A stretch of 64,000 nucleotides of DNA. It comes from an uncultured Methanosarcinales archaeon (GTDB lineage: Archaea > Nanobdellota > Nanobdellia > Woesearchaeales > JACPBV01). The position numbers and the translations under genes were made by a program. The notes under the pieces are model-generated. The model ran no database searches. It saw only the letters and a list, made by a program, of their open reading frames with translations, and was not told the origin of the DNA. Numbering within the stretch: position 1 is the first letter of the stretch; every line of letters begins with the position of its first letter. Below are positions 51,986-60,312 of this stretch, piece after piece. The DNA is taken from contig CAZSRD010000005.1 in assembly GCA_964609455.1 (NCBI GenBank), positions 4,878-68,877 on the forward strand. The letters run 5' to 3'.

Positions 51986-52081
51986 ATGTGAAAAATGGCT
52001 GAAAAACATTTTTGGATTTATCGATAGGATTCATGGATTAGCCATTTTTCATATCTCACAAATTTGCTTAGCAAATTTGTG
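51986..52081. repeat. two adjacent inverted repeats
   Basis: ATGTGAAAAATGGCT/AGCCATTTTTCATAT (14/15) and CACAAATTTGCT-T-AGCAAATTTGTG. Confidence 0.75.
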
Positions 52082-52322
52082 TTAACTAGAACCCAATTAT
52101 TTTCCTGTTTTTATTGAATCTTTCATTCTCTACAGCAAGGCTTCCCCAATTATGGAACTTTTTAGGAATGTTATGCAGAAAATAACGCTTATTTTTTCTT
52201 TCTTTTATGAACTGTGAATTTGGGCTTTATGTGCTTTTTAGTGTTAAAATTTTAAAGAATTAGGCTTGGTAAGTGAGGTATATAGTAAGGTATAAATAGG
52301 GGTTCATAAGGATTTTGCCCAT

Positions 52323-52955
52323 ATGGAAATAATCATTGCTTTCATAAAATTGCTAATTACTTTTTTAGCCTCACTCTTCTTTGGGTTAGAGAGGCAGAGA
52401 TCACATAAACCAGTTGGTTTCGGCACTTTTATTTTTGTCTCTGTTGGGGCTTGCGCTTTGGGCATTATTGTTGTTTCAGGCACTATCCTGAATACAGTTT
52501 CCTTATTGGCTGCTGTTGTTACAGGAATTGGCTTTTTAGGTGCTGGAGCTTTAATAAGGGGGCCTGATAAAGTTTTTGGATTTACGACTGCTGCATCAAT
52601 TTGGTTGTTTGCTATATTTGGCTTAACTTTGGGTGTTGGTGAGTACTTAATTGGCCTTTTTGTATATGTTATAATGTGGGTTGTTGTCCTTTTTGACCAT
52701 TACTTAGAGGACAGAGGCATAGGGTCGTATCAGAGGAGGTTGGTTATACGGACCAATAGGATAATTAGCGAGAAAGAGATCCATAGGCACCTTCTTTTGC
52801 ATACTAAAAGGCATAGGATATTAAGCTCTGATATAAACAAAGATACAAAGGAGATGGTTTTATCTTACTTGATAAATGGCGGCAGGGAGAAGCTGAACAA
52901 GTTATCTACTGAATTATACAAAGAAGAATGGTTAAAATCCCTTAGGATTGAGTAA
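52323..52955 (+). CDS. MgtC/SapB family protein
   Basis: GLERQ..KPVGFGT, VVTGIGFLGAG, TTAASIW. Confidence 0.92.
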   Translation: MEIIIAFIKLLITFLASLFFGLERQRSHKPVGFGTFIFVSVGACALGIIVVSGTILNTVSLLAAVVTGIGFLGAGALIRGPDKVFGFTTAASIWLFAIFGLTLGVGEYLIGLFVYVIMWVVVLFDHYLEDRGIGSYQRRLVIRTNRIISEKEIHRHLLLHTKRHRILSSDINKDTKEMVLSYLINGGREKLNKLSTELYKEEWLKSLRIE

Positions 52956-52958
52956 ATT

Positions 52959-53084
52959 TTATAATTTCTCTAGATAAGTAATCTCTCCAAAGTGCTCTTC
53001 TGCGCAGCCTTTACAATAGCTTTCGCTAGAATCCTTAATGCAAAACTCTGCTTCGTTACCACAAATTATACATTTTTTAGGCAT
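52959..53084 (-). CDS. small zinc-finger protein (not in ORF track)
   Basis: MPKKCIICGNEAEFCIKDSSESYCKGCAEEHFGEITYLEKL; two CxxC. Confidence 0.65.
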   Translation of the reverse strand: MPKKCIICGNEAEFCIKDSSESYCKGCAEEHFGEITYLEKL

Positions 53085-53457
53085 GAATATTACTGAATGA
53101 TCTCTTCTTTAACCGCATGAACAATAGCCCATCTTTGATTTCTAATTGTTTGTGGATATAAAATTTATCATATTGCCTAACTATATCTATTACTTTAGAA
53201 TTCTCTTTATTATCGCTTGAAAAAATAAATACCACCCCCCTCTTGCGCTTTGTGGCCTCTTTCTGCCACCCCCAGCACAACCATTTTTAATGAATAGGTG
53301 ATTTAAATAGTTTTGGGTTGAGAAATATGACAAGAATATGCTAGTATAGGGATTTGTGATATTGGGTTCTGAAAATTCTATTAAATCCTACCTATATAAT
53401 CTAGTCACGAAAAATTTATTAACAACCCTTGCTTTCGAATGATTTGGGGGTTTTAAT

Positions 53458-54102
53458 ATGAAAACATATACTGCTGACACTAAATCTTTACTTACACATC
53501 TTGAAAGCAATGTCACAAAAATACAGCAATATCTATTAGATAATGGTGTTGAAGATATTCTTGAACCTTTTAGATTAGTTGAGTTTACTGTAAAAGCACA
53601 CGTTTACCATAATGCCAGATGCGCATACATGCTTGGCATTGCTGATGGAATGGCAGCTTTAAGGGATGGTACAATTGATGCAATTGTAGATACGGAATTC
53701 GAACAATCTGCAGCTCGTTTTGGGGAACTTCCTGGTGCTTTATATAATGAAGTTGAAAAAACTGAATTGCTGCTAGAACCTATGGGTATAAAGGAATTTG
53801 CACCTGATACCAAGGATGTTTTAAAGGTTATGAAGGCAAACTTTGATATAGTGTATCAAGCTTGGGTAAATGCAGGACTTGGAAAAGATCGAAAGCAACG
53901 TAATTACCTATATGCCCAGTTTATATACCATATGCATCTATTCTATAATCTTGGTGCGTATGATGCTTTTGACGCAACTTTACATAGTGATATACTTGTT
54001 ACAGATCCACCAGGAAAGAAAGATCGTTACGAGCGTCTCAAGAAACAGCTTGAACAAGAGCTTAAAAAACATGCGGAGAAAGCTACTGCAGCTGGAGAAT
54101 AA
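53458..54102 (+). CDS. hypothetical protein
   Basis: 214-aa ORF with GGGGG RBS. Confidence 0.6.
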   Translation: MKTYTADTKSLLTHLESNVTKIQQYLLDNGVEDILEPFRLVEFTVKAHVYHNARCAYMLGIADGMAALRDGTIDAIVDTEFEQSAARFGELPGALYNEVEKTELLLEPMGIKEFAPDTKDVLKVMKANFDIVYQAWVNAGLGKDRKQRNYLYAQFIYHMHLFYNLGAYDAFDATLHSDILVTDPPGKKDRYERLKKQLEQELKKHAEKATAAGE

Positions 54103-54174
54103 ATCACAATATCTTCTCTTCTTCTTTATCTTTAGAGTTCTCCATAATTTTTTATGATTAAAAAGAATAAAAAA

Positions 54175-54294
54175 TGCGAGGAGGAGGATTCGAACCCCCG
54201 TAAGCACTAAGCTAATAGGTGTCTTACAAAAGTGACCTAAGCTTGGACATTTCTTGAGAAAATCTATCCCGTTTGGCCACTCCGGCATCCTCGC
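54175..54294 (-). tRNA. tRNA-Leu(TAG) with introns at ~30/31 (54243-54263) and 37/38 (54221-54235)
   Basis: GCGAGGA/TCCTCGC, ATAG[intron]G-CTTAGG[intron]A-CCTAT, long variable arm, GGGGG-TTCGAAT-CCTCC; BHB helices GGAT/GTCC and CTTA/TAAG. Confidence 0.9.
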
Positions 54295-54946
54295 ATTTGA
54301 AACGCTTATTGATTCTCTCAAGCTTTTCTGTGTTTTGTAATGGTAAAAGCTTTAAAAATTTATCTATTTCTCCTTTGTAAATCCTAATCCCATAAAACTC
54401 TTTATTGTATCTCTTGTTAGTCCATCTTTCTTTTAGATGTTTAATACCAAATTCGTTAAGGAGTTCTATTGTTCCTTTATGAAGAATTTGGCTTGCAGTT
54501 GTAAACCCTAAAGAATTGCCCCTGAATCCACCATCTGTATCAAAATATCCTGCTAGAAAGCAACTTTTAATTTCTTTTGAAGAGTTTTTTATTTTATTTG
54601 GAACAAAAACTATGGAACTTTTAGCTCCTTTTGGAATTTCCATTTCTTCGGACAAAAACTTAAATAACCTTTTATTCCTAACTTGAAAATATAATCTTTC
54701 CATCCTATTTCCATAAATTTTTGGAGATTGGGGTTGACTTTTTGTATAAATTAAGGATTTAATTACTTTACTTAAGTAGACAAGGTATTCTTTGTCTGAT
54801 ATATCTATTCTTATTTGATAATCAGTAGAATGATCAGTTTTAGATTTTGATGAGTTTACTATATGCCCATCACCAATTATAACTCCTACAAGATAAGCGG
54901 TTTTGGGAGTAAGCTTAATCTTTGATTCAATTTTTTTATTATTCAT
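54224..54946 (-). CDS. free-standing double-motif LAGLIDADG homing endonuclease overlapping tRNA-Leu
   Basis: AYLVGVIIGDG and CFLAGYFDTDG; last 71 nt lie inside the tRNA gene. Confidence 0.9.
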   Translation of the reverse strand: MNNKKIESKIKLTPKTAYLVGVIIGDGHIVNSSKSKTDHSTDYQIRIDISDKEYLVYLSKVIKSLIYTKSQPQSPKIYGNRMERLYFQVRNKRLFKFLSEEMEIPKGAKSSIVFVPNKIKNSSKEIKSCFLAGYFDTDGGFRGNSLGFTTASQILHKGTIELLNEFGIKHLKERWTNKRYNKEFYGIRIYKGEIDKFLKLLPLQNTEKLERINKRFKCEDAGVAKRDRFSQEMSKLRSLL

Positions 54947-55084
54947 TTAAATCACTAAATTTTACTTAGTTGAGACTATTTAAATGATTTTTAGTTTTTT
55001 TAGCAAAAATCATAATTTAATAGTCGAAACATTATTTAAAGTGATTTAAATATAAAAGAATTGGAGTTTAAATATCTTGCTTAA

Positions 55085-55107
55085 TTTGACCACTCCGGCA
55101 TCTCCGC
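55085..55107 (-). pseudogene. orphan 5' fragment of tRNA-Leu
   Basis: GCGGAGATGCCGGAGTGGTCAAA, 20/23 identical to the tRNA-Leu 5' end; TTTATAAT ~24 nt upstream. Confidence 0.85.
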
Positions 55108-55204
55108 ACAATAGGCTAAGAAAATTGGCCATTATAAAAATCTTTCTACTTCTATGTTGGAAATTAATAAAATTTAAATATGACCTGTTGAGCAAAGAAT
55201 TAAG

Positions 55205-55903
55205 ATGAAAAAGCTGATTTATCTGTTATTGGTGTTAGGCATTGCCCTAATAGTCGGTTGTAGTTTAAAAAAACCGTGTGAATCTATAGCTGATCCTGCT
55301 ACTAAGGATGATTGCCTTTTTGAAAGAGCACTTGAGTCTGGTTCTTTAAATGATTGCAATAGCATCCAATCTGATTCGGTTAAAAATCCATGTATTGCCG
55401 AGATCGGAATAATGAAAGAAGACCAATCTATATGTGATTCAATAGATGGGATGTCAAGGGATTATTGCATTACAAAGATTGCTATGTCCGCAAAAGATTT
55501 CTCCAGGTGCAATCAGGTAAGTACAACCTACTGGTCAGACATATGTGTTAAGGAATTTGCAGTATCTGATAACAATTTTACAAGATGCGCTAAAATCTCT
55601 AATCTTTTTGAGAAGGATGAATGTTATAATGCTATAGCGCAGAATATCGCTAAAGTTGAGCCGTGCTTTTATATCTATAATGAGACAAATCATGACTTAT
55701 GCGTAAGGAGAATAGCAGTAGCTACCTTGAATGAGAGTTTATGCGAGGAAACGAAAACTGTCGTAATAGGGGATATATGCTACCAGAAGATAGCCCAGTT
55801 GAAGAAAAATGAATCAATTTGTGATGGTGCTAGTTATTGGGATATAAAGAATGCTTGTAAGGCAGCAGTAAGATCTATCCTTAATAAAACTGAGCAGGAT
55901 TAA
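55205..55903 (+). CDS. Cys-repeat lipoprotein-like surface protein
   Basis: LIVGC lipobox-like; repeated C..I....D.C...IA units. Confidence 0.75.
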   Translation: MKKLIYLLLVLGIALIVGCSLKKPCESIADPATKDDCLFERALESGSLNDCNSIQSDSVKNPCIAEIGIMKEDQSICDSIDGMSRDYCITKIAMSAKDFSRCNQVSTTYWSDICVKEFAVSDNNFTRCAKISNLFEKDECYNAIAQNIAKVEPCFYIYNETNHDLCVRRIAVATLNESLCEETKTVVIGDICYQKIAQLKKNESICDGASYWDIKNACKAAVRSILNKTEQD

Positions 55904-56068
55904 CTATTTCTTTTGCCACTTATATTTTCTTAGTCTAGAAGATTTTCCATAGCCGCATGAGCAGCATCTGCTTTTTCTCATGTGGTATGTCCTTTTACCG
56001 CATCTTCTGCAATGTATCATATTCTTCTTTCCAGACTTCCCACCCATTGATTTAGTTCCTTTAGTCAT
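55904..56068 (-). CDS. rpl37e: 50S ribosomal protein L37e (not in ORF track)
   Basis: MTKGTKSMG..HCRRCGKRTYH..CCSCGYGKS; follows Lsm. Confidence 0.95.
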   Translation of the reverse strand: MTKGTKSMGGKSGKKNMIHCRRCGKRTYHMRKSRCCSCGYGKSSRLRKYKWQKK

Positions 56069-56087
56069 TTTAAAGAAATATATCCTT

Positions 56088-56315
56088 TTATTCTGGAGAG
56101 ATTACAGTTATTGTATCTCCTCTTATAAAGATAACTCCTAGTTTTCTCTTAACTTCTCCGTTTTCTCTTTCTTCTGCGTTCTCTAGAACAACATTTATAT
56201 GTATGTCAAATGATTTTAGATTTCCAATGTACTGTTTGTTGTTCTTTAGCTCTACAATTACTTTCTTATCTCTTGCTCTATTCAATGCGTCCAATGGTCT
56301 TGATACTTCGGTCAT
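56088..56315 (-). CDS. Sm-like (Lsm) protein
   Basis: RPLDAL, LKSFDIHINVVL, IRGD. Confidence 0.95.
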   Translation of the reverse strand: MTEVSRPLDALNRARDKKVIVELKNNKQYIGNLKSFDIHINVVLENAEERENGEVKRKLGVIFIRGDTITVISPE

Positions 56316-56436
56316 AAAAAACACCCCTCCAATAAATTAAATAATAACATAAGAGGTGGCGGTTCTATATATAAATCTTTTGGATTATTTGATATTTACC
56401 ATAAGATTTATAAATGAAATAGGAATTCTGCTTTTT

Positions 56437-56817
56437 ATGGTAGTTTATCAGGGAAGAGGCAAGAGGAGTTCAAGAGGCTCAAGGTATAAGAGCTATAGGG
56501 GTTATAAGAAAAATGAACTAGGCAGATTGCCTTCTTTGACTGGATTAGCTAAGAAAAGATTAAAGCATATAAGGATTCTTGGTGGAAAAAATAAGTTAAG
56601 GCTATTAAGTGAAGAGTTTGTTAATGTTGTTGATACTAAAACAAAAAAATCACAGAAAGTAAAGATAAAAACTATTACTGGAAATCCTGCAAACAGGCAT
56701 TTTGTCAGAAGAAACATAATGACAAAAGGCGCAATTATAGAGACAGAAGCTGGCAAGGCAAGAATAACTTCAAGGCCAGGGCAGGATGGCGTTGTTAATG
56801 CAGTACTTATTTCTTAG
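56437..56817 (+). CDS. rps8e: 30S ribosomal protein S8e
   Basis: NPANRHFVRRN..TKGA, TSRPGQDG; start reassigned to 56437. Confidence 0.96.
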   Translation: MVVYQGRGKRSSRGSRYKSYRGYKKNELGRLPSLTGLAKKRLKHIRILGGKNKLRLLSEEFVNVVDTKTKKSQKVKIKTITGNPANRHFVRRNIMTKGAIIETEAGKARITSRPGQDGVVNAVLIS

Positions 56818-56875
56818 ATATTGTTACTTTTTAGTAATTACAAGATAGAAAGATTTATATATTGGTTGTCTATGT

Positions 56876-57739
56876 GTGATTTATATGGTTAAGGGAGTTG
56901 AAGAAATAGTACTTACTGAAACTGCACTTAGGCAGAAAGCTTCTCATATGGTTGCTATAGATGGAGTAAATTGGGAACAAATTAGAGCAAGAGAAGGGGA
57001 AGCAAAAGCAGCAAGATTATTAGAAGAAGCAATAGAAGCTGAAAAAGAAAGTATTGCTTCTCAACCAGGTGTTGATATTTTTAAAGATAATTCTGAGCCA
57101 GGTTATGGTGTAAACTATGATAACTTAAGTTGCTTTAGGAGCAAAGGCCAAGCAAGTTTTGACCAAAATTATCTTCTATTAAGGCAGATATGGTACGGCA
57201 TTAATTATGTTGAAGTTCCAGGAAGAAAATCAGGAGTTCCGCATGAATTTTTATCGGCTATGAATACGTCTGAAATTCTATCGCTTTATAGGGCGTTTGC
57301 AAGATTACTGGAAAAGAGGAACATTCCTACTGGAAAAGGAGAAGAGACTATTTCAAAAGAGGAATTAAAAGGCATGCCTGTTGAGCTTATAATATCTAAG
57401 ATGGTTGGTTATGGATGCAGGCATCAAGCTATGGCTGCAATGACCAAAAGAGGATGGACTTATTTCCACACCAGAAGAGGAGATCTAATAAGAAGGATAA
57501 AACCATTTGGACAAAGAACAAAGGATAAGTTCATGGAATTATTAGATAATTCAGTTAGAACAACCCAGCTAACTTCAGGAAGGGGAGGACAATACGATTT
57601 TGAAGATCCATGTTATGATGGTTGGGATGCTAGAAGGGGGCTAATGAAAATTAAGGGCCCTATGGGGAGAAAGTCGTATACCCGAGCTATCGCTTCTTTT
57701 ATGGGTAATTTATATGCTAGAAACACACAAAAAGCATAA
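56876..57739 (+). CDS. hypothetical protein
   Basis: 287-aa ORF with upstream TATA; ATG 56885 is an alternative start. Confidence 0.6.
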   Translation: MIYMVKGVEEIVLTETALRQKASHMVAIDGVNWEQIRAREGEAKAARLLEEAIEAEKESIASQPGVDIFKDNSEPGYGVNYDNLSCFRSKGQASFDQNYLLLRQIWYGINYVEVPGRKSGVPHEFLSAMNTSEILSLYRAFARLLEKRNIPTGKGEETISKEELKGMPVELIISKMVGYGCRHQAMAAMTKRGWTYFHTRRGDLIRRIKPFGQRTKDKFMELLDNSVRTTQLTSGRGGQYDFEDPCYDGWDARRGLMKIKGPMGRKSYTRAIASFMGNLYARNTQKA

Positions 57740-57764
57740 ATACTAATAAGCTATTTCTTTTTTT

Positions 57765-58424
57765 ATGAATAAGATATATGAAGTATACAATTTGCTCTAC
57801 AGCTCATTTGGCAAACAAGGCTGGTGGCCTTTAACCATTGAAGGGTTTGAAAGTAAACACTATGCTGGTAGGCCTAAGAATTCTAAGCATAGATTTGAGA
57901 TAATTGTTGGTGCAATATTAACTCAGAATACTAATTGGAAGAATGTTGAGAAGGCGCTTTACAACCTAAGCAAAAACAACTTATTAGGCACAGATAAAAT
58001 AATCAAAGCAAAAAAAGAAAAGATTGCTTCTTTGATAATGCCTGCTGGTTATTACAACCAGAAAGCTGAAAGATTGAAGATAATTGCTGAGTTTATTTCT
58101 AAGAATGATAATCCTACAAGGGAAGAATTGTTAGCTGTAAAAGGAATAGGGTCAGAAACAGCAGATTCTATATTGCTTTATGCTTATGAAAAGCCATTTT
58201 TTGTTATAGATGCCTATACAAAAAGGATATTTGAAAGGCTGGGTTTTGTAGCTTCGGATTATTATGGGTGGCAGAAATTGTTTATGGATAATCTGCCTAA
58301 AGATGTTTCATTGTTTAAGGAGTATCACGCTTTATTGGTTGAATTGGGGAAAAATTATTGCAAAACAAAGCCAATATGCAAGGAATGCCAGCTTAATAGC
58401 TTATGCAAACAAAAAATTTTATAA
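57765..58424 (+). CDS. endonuclease III-related HhH-GPD glycosylase
   Basis: GWWP, GAILTQNTNW, KGIGSETAD, FVIDAY, Fe-S Cys. Confidence 0.9.
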   Translation: MNKIYEVYNLLYSSFGKQGWWPLTIEGFESKHYAGRPKNSKHRFEIIVGAILTQNTNWKNVEKALYNLSKNNLLGTDKIIKAKKEKIASLIMPAGYYNQKAERLKIIAEFISKNDNPTREELLAVKGIGSETADSILLYAYEKPFFVIDAYTKRIFERLGFVASDYYGWQKLFMDNLPKDVSLFKEYHALLVELGKNYCKTKPICKECQLNSLCKQKIL

Positions 58425-58447
58425 ACTTAGCCGATTTATCTTTCTTT

Positions 58448-58600
58448 ATGGCAAAATGTCCTAGTTGTAAAGGAGAAGTAACATTAAAAACTGTAGAGAC
58501 TGAAACCAAAGGAGCTGGGTTTTTGAAACAGGAGATTATGTATGCCTGCCCTCACTGCAAAAGCATCTTAGGTTTTAGCAGGGGCAAATGGACAGGTTAA
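58448..58600 (+). CDS. small zinc-ribbon protein
   Basis: CPSC...YACPHCKSILG. Confidence 0.7.
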   Translation: MAKCPSCKGEVTLKTVETETKGAGFLKQEIMYACPHCKSILGFSRGKWTG

Positions 58601-58601
58601 A

Positions 58602-58907
58602 ATGATAAAAATATTAATTATTTTAATAATTGCAATTGTAATGGCTGCTGTTCTGTTTACTTTGTTAAAAAAGGTTGTGAAATTTGCTTTATTTGTTGGG
58701 CTAATTATCATTGTTTTTTTAGTTATAACCAGCATCATTTACCCTGGTGAAAACATATTTCAAAAGGGAAAAGATTATATACTAGGAAAAACAGGAAGTG
58801 CATTAGAGGCAGGAAAAGACAAGGTTACGGCATATGTAATTACAGGGACTAATGAGTCATTAAATAAGGCTAAAGAAAAGGTCTTTGAAGTTATAGAATT
58901 GGACTGA
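58602..58907 (+). CDS. small membrane protein
   Basis: Two N-terminal TM segments. Confidence 0.65.
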   Translation: MIKILIILIIAIVMAAVLFTLLKKVVKFALFVGLIIIVFLVITSIIYPGENIFQKGKDYILGKTGSALEAGKDKVTAYVITGTNESLNKAKEKVFEVIELD

Positions 58908-58925
58908 TTTCATTTAAAAGAGAGG

Positions 58926-59381
58926 TTGATAGAGAAGATGGGTATTTTTGATAAATTAGCTTTCTGGAAGAAAAAGGATGATTTTGATCTAGGCAAGGAT
59001 TTCGGAGCAGACCTAGGCTTAGGCCCTAATGATAATTTTGGAGGCCCTGATTTAGGTTTGCCGCCACAAGGAAGAGGGCCAGGCAGAGATTTAGGTTTGC
59101 CTTCAAGAAATTTAGGAATGCCAGATGATACAGGATTTGGCAATATGGGGCAGGGATTTCAACAGGCTCCCCCAGGCAGGCCAGCACCAATGCAGCAGCC
59201 ATTTGGAGCTCCAGTACAACCATCAGTAACGGAAAGAGATTACGCAAGTAATGATAAATTTGAGGTTGTTTCTGCAAAACTTGACGCTATTAGATACACA
59301 TTAGACAGCATTAACCAAAGATTAAGGAGTTTAGAGAGAGTTGCTTACGGTGAGCATGAAGATAATAAGAAGAGATGGTAA
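58926..59381 (+). CDS. hypothetical protein with DLG repeats and C-terminal coiled coil
   Basis: MGIFDKLAFWKKK, repeated DLG, KLDAIR..LDSINQRL. Confidence 0.65.
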   Translation: MIEKMGIFDKLAFWKKKDDFDLGKDFGADLGLGPNDNFGGPDLGLPPQGRGPGRDLGLPSRNLGMPDDTGFGNMGQGFQQAPPGRPAPMQQPFGAPVQPSVTERDYASNDKFEVVSAKLDAIRYTLDSINQRLRSLERVAYGEHEDNKKRW

Positions 59382-59413
59382 GGTTTATAAAGTTCTGAAT
59401 TAATTCTTCTATT

Positions 59414-59854
59414 ATGAAAAAACCAATTGTATTGATTTCCTCAATAAGCATACTTATTGTTATCTTAGATCAATTAACCAAATTTTTTGTTTCTAAGTAT
59501 ATGAGTTTAGGCCAATCAATACCTTTGATAAAGAATATTCTTAATTTTACATATATACTCAATACCGGAGGAGGATTTGGCATACTTAAAGGGTGGAATG
59601 TTGTTTTAATATTTATTTCTTTGATTATTATTGGCATTATATTGTTTTATATGGACAGAATTGCCAGGGATAAGCAGATTCATATACCCACAGCTTTGGT
59701 TTTAGGCGGCGCTGTTGGTAATTTAATTGATAGGATACTCTTAGGCCATGTTATAGATTTTATTGATTTTAGGATATGGCCTGCTTTCAATGTAGCTGAT
59801 TCTTGCATTACAATAGGTGCTATATGGCTTATTGTTTATTTCTGGAGAAAATGA
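59414..59854 (+). CDS. lspA: signal peptidase II (lipoprotein signal peptidase)
   Basis: DQLTK, NTGGGFG, GAVGNLIDR, VIDFID, FNVAD. Confidence 0.93.
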   Translation: MKKPIVLISSISILIVILDQLTKFFVSKYMSLGQSIPLIKNILNFTYILNTGGGFGILKGWNVVLIFISLIIIGIILFYMDRIARDKQIHIPTALVLGGAVGNLIDRILLGHVIDFIDFRIWPAFNVADSCITIGAIWLIVYFWRK

Positions 59855-59872
59855 GCTCTAATGTTTTTTTAT

Positions 59873-60039
59873 ATGTCAGAAATATACCGTTGGCCTATTT
59901 TACCAGTGGATAATGTCCACTCTTCTGTTTTGGAAGAGGGTGTATTTCTGAGCATGCTCAAGAACCACAAAGATCAATTGGATGGCTTATCAACGTGAGC
60001 CTTTCATGCCACCCCTATCTGGTGGGCGGTTCTTGACAT
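59873..60039. other. unidentified two-domain structured element (ncRNA or palindromic mini-element)
   Basis: Two long closing helices, each enclosing hairpins, around TGAGCATGCTCA. Confidence 0.55.
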
Positions 60040-60277
60040 TTTTGAAATAACCCCTTCTGTAAAGAGTGTATAGGGTTATACTTCCGGCTACAAATAAGGC
60101 TAGAATTGATAACTGGCTCAACATAAACTTAGTATTGTTAAATGGGCTGTACAGGCCTTTTTGAATGATGTGAAATTTCCAGTTGCTTTGTATCAGCACT
60201 TTAACAACCCTTAAGCCGAATGTGAAGACATAGACTGCAATGCCGATTAAGAAACCTACAATATATTCTCGCCTCAT
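59990..60277 (-). CDS. small membrane protein
   Basis: Two TM segments; tail runs into the structured element. Confidence 0.55.
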   Translation of the reverse strand: MRREYIVGFLIGIAVYVFTFGLRVVKVLIQSNWKFHIIQKGLYSPFNNTKFMLSQLSILALFVAGSITLYTLYRRGYFKNVKNRPPDRGGMKGSR

Positions 60278-60312
60278 TAGACTTTTTGAAAATTACTAGA
60301 ATAAAAAGGTTT

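Noticed and set aside
53077..53280. 67-aa minus-strand ORF
   Set aside because: Weak start and no motif; may be a decayed gene but cannot be supported.
53980..54321. 113-aa minus-strand ORF
   Set aside because: Shadow frame over tRNA-Leu and the convergent gene.
55904..56068. Possible frameshift in rpl37e
   Set aside because: Re-reading gives ATG GGT GGG AAG, which is in frame.
59873..60039. RNase P or SRP RNA
   Set aside because: CCGCCCACC and AACAGAAG occur on the minus strand, but the GAGGAA P4 motif and SRP helix-8 motif are absent.
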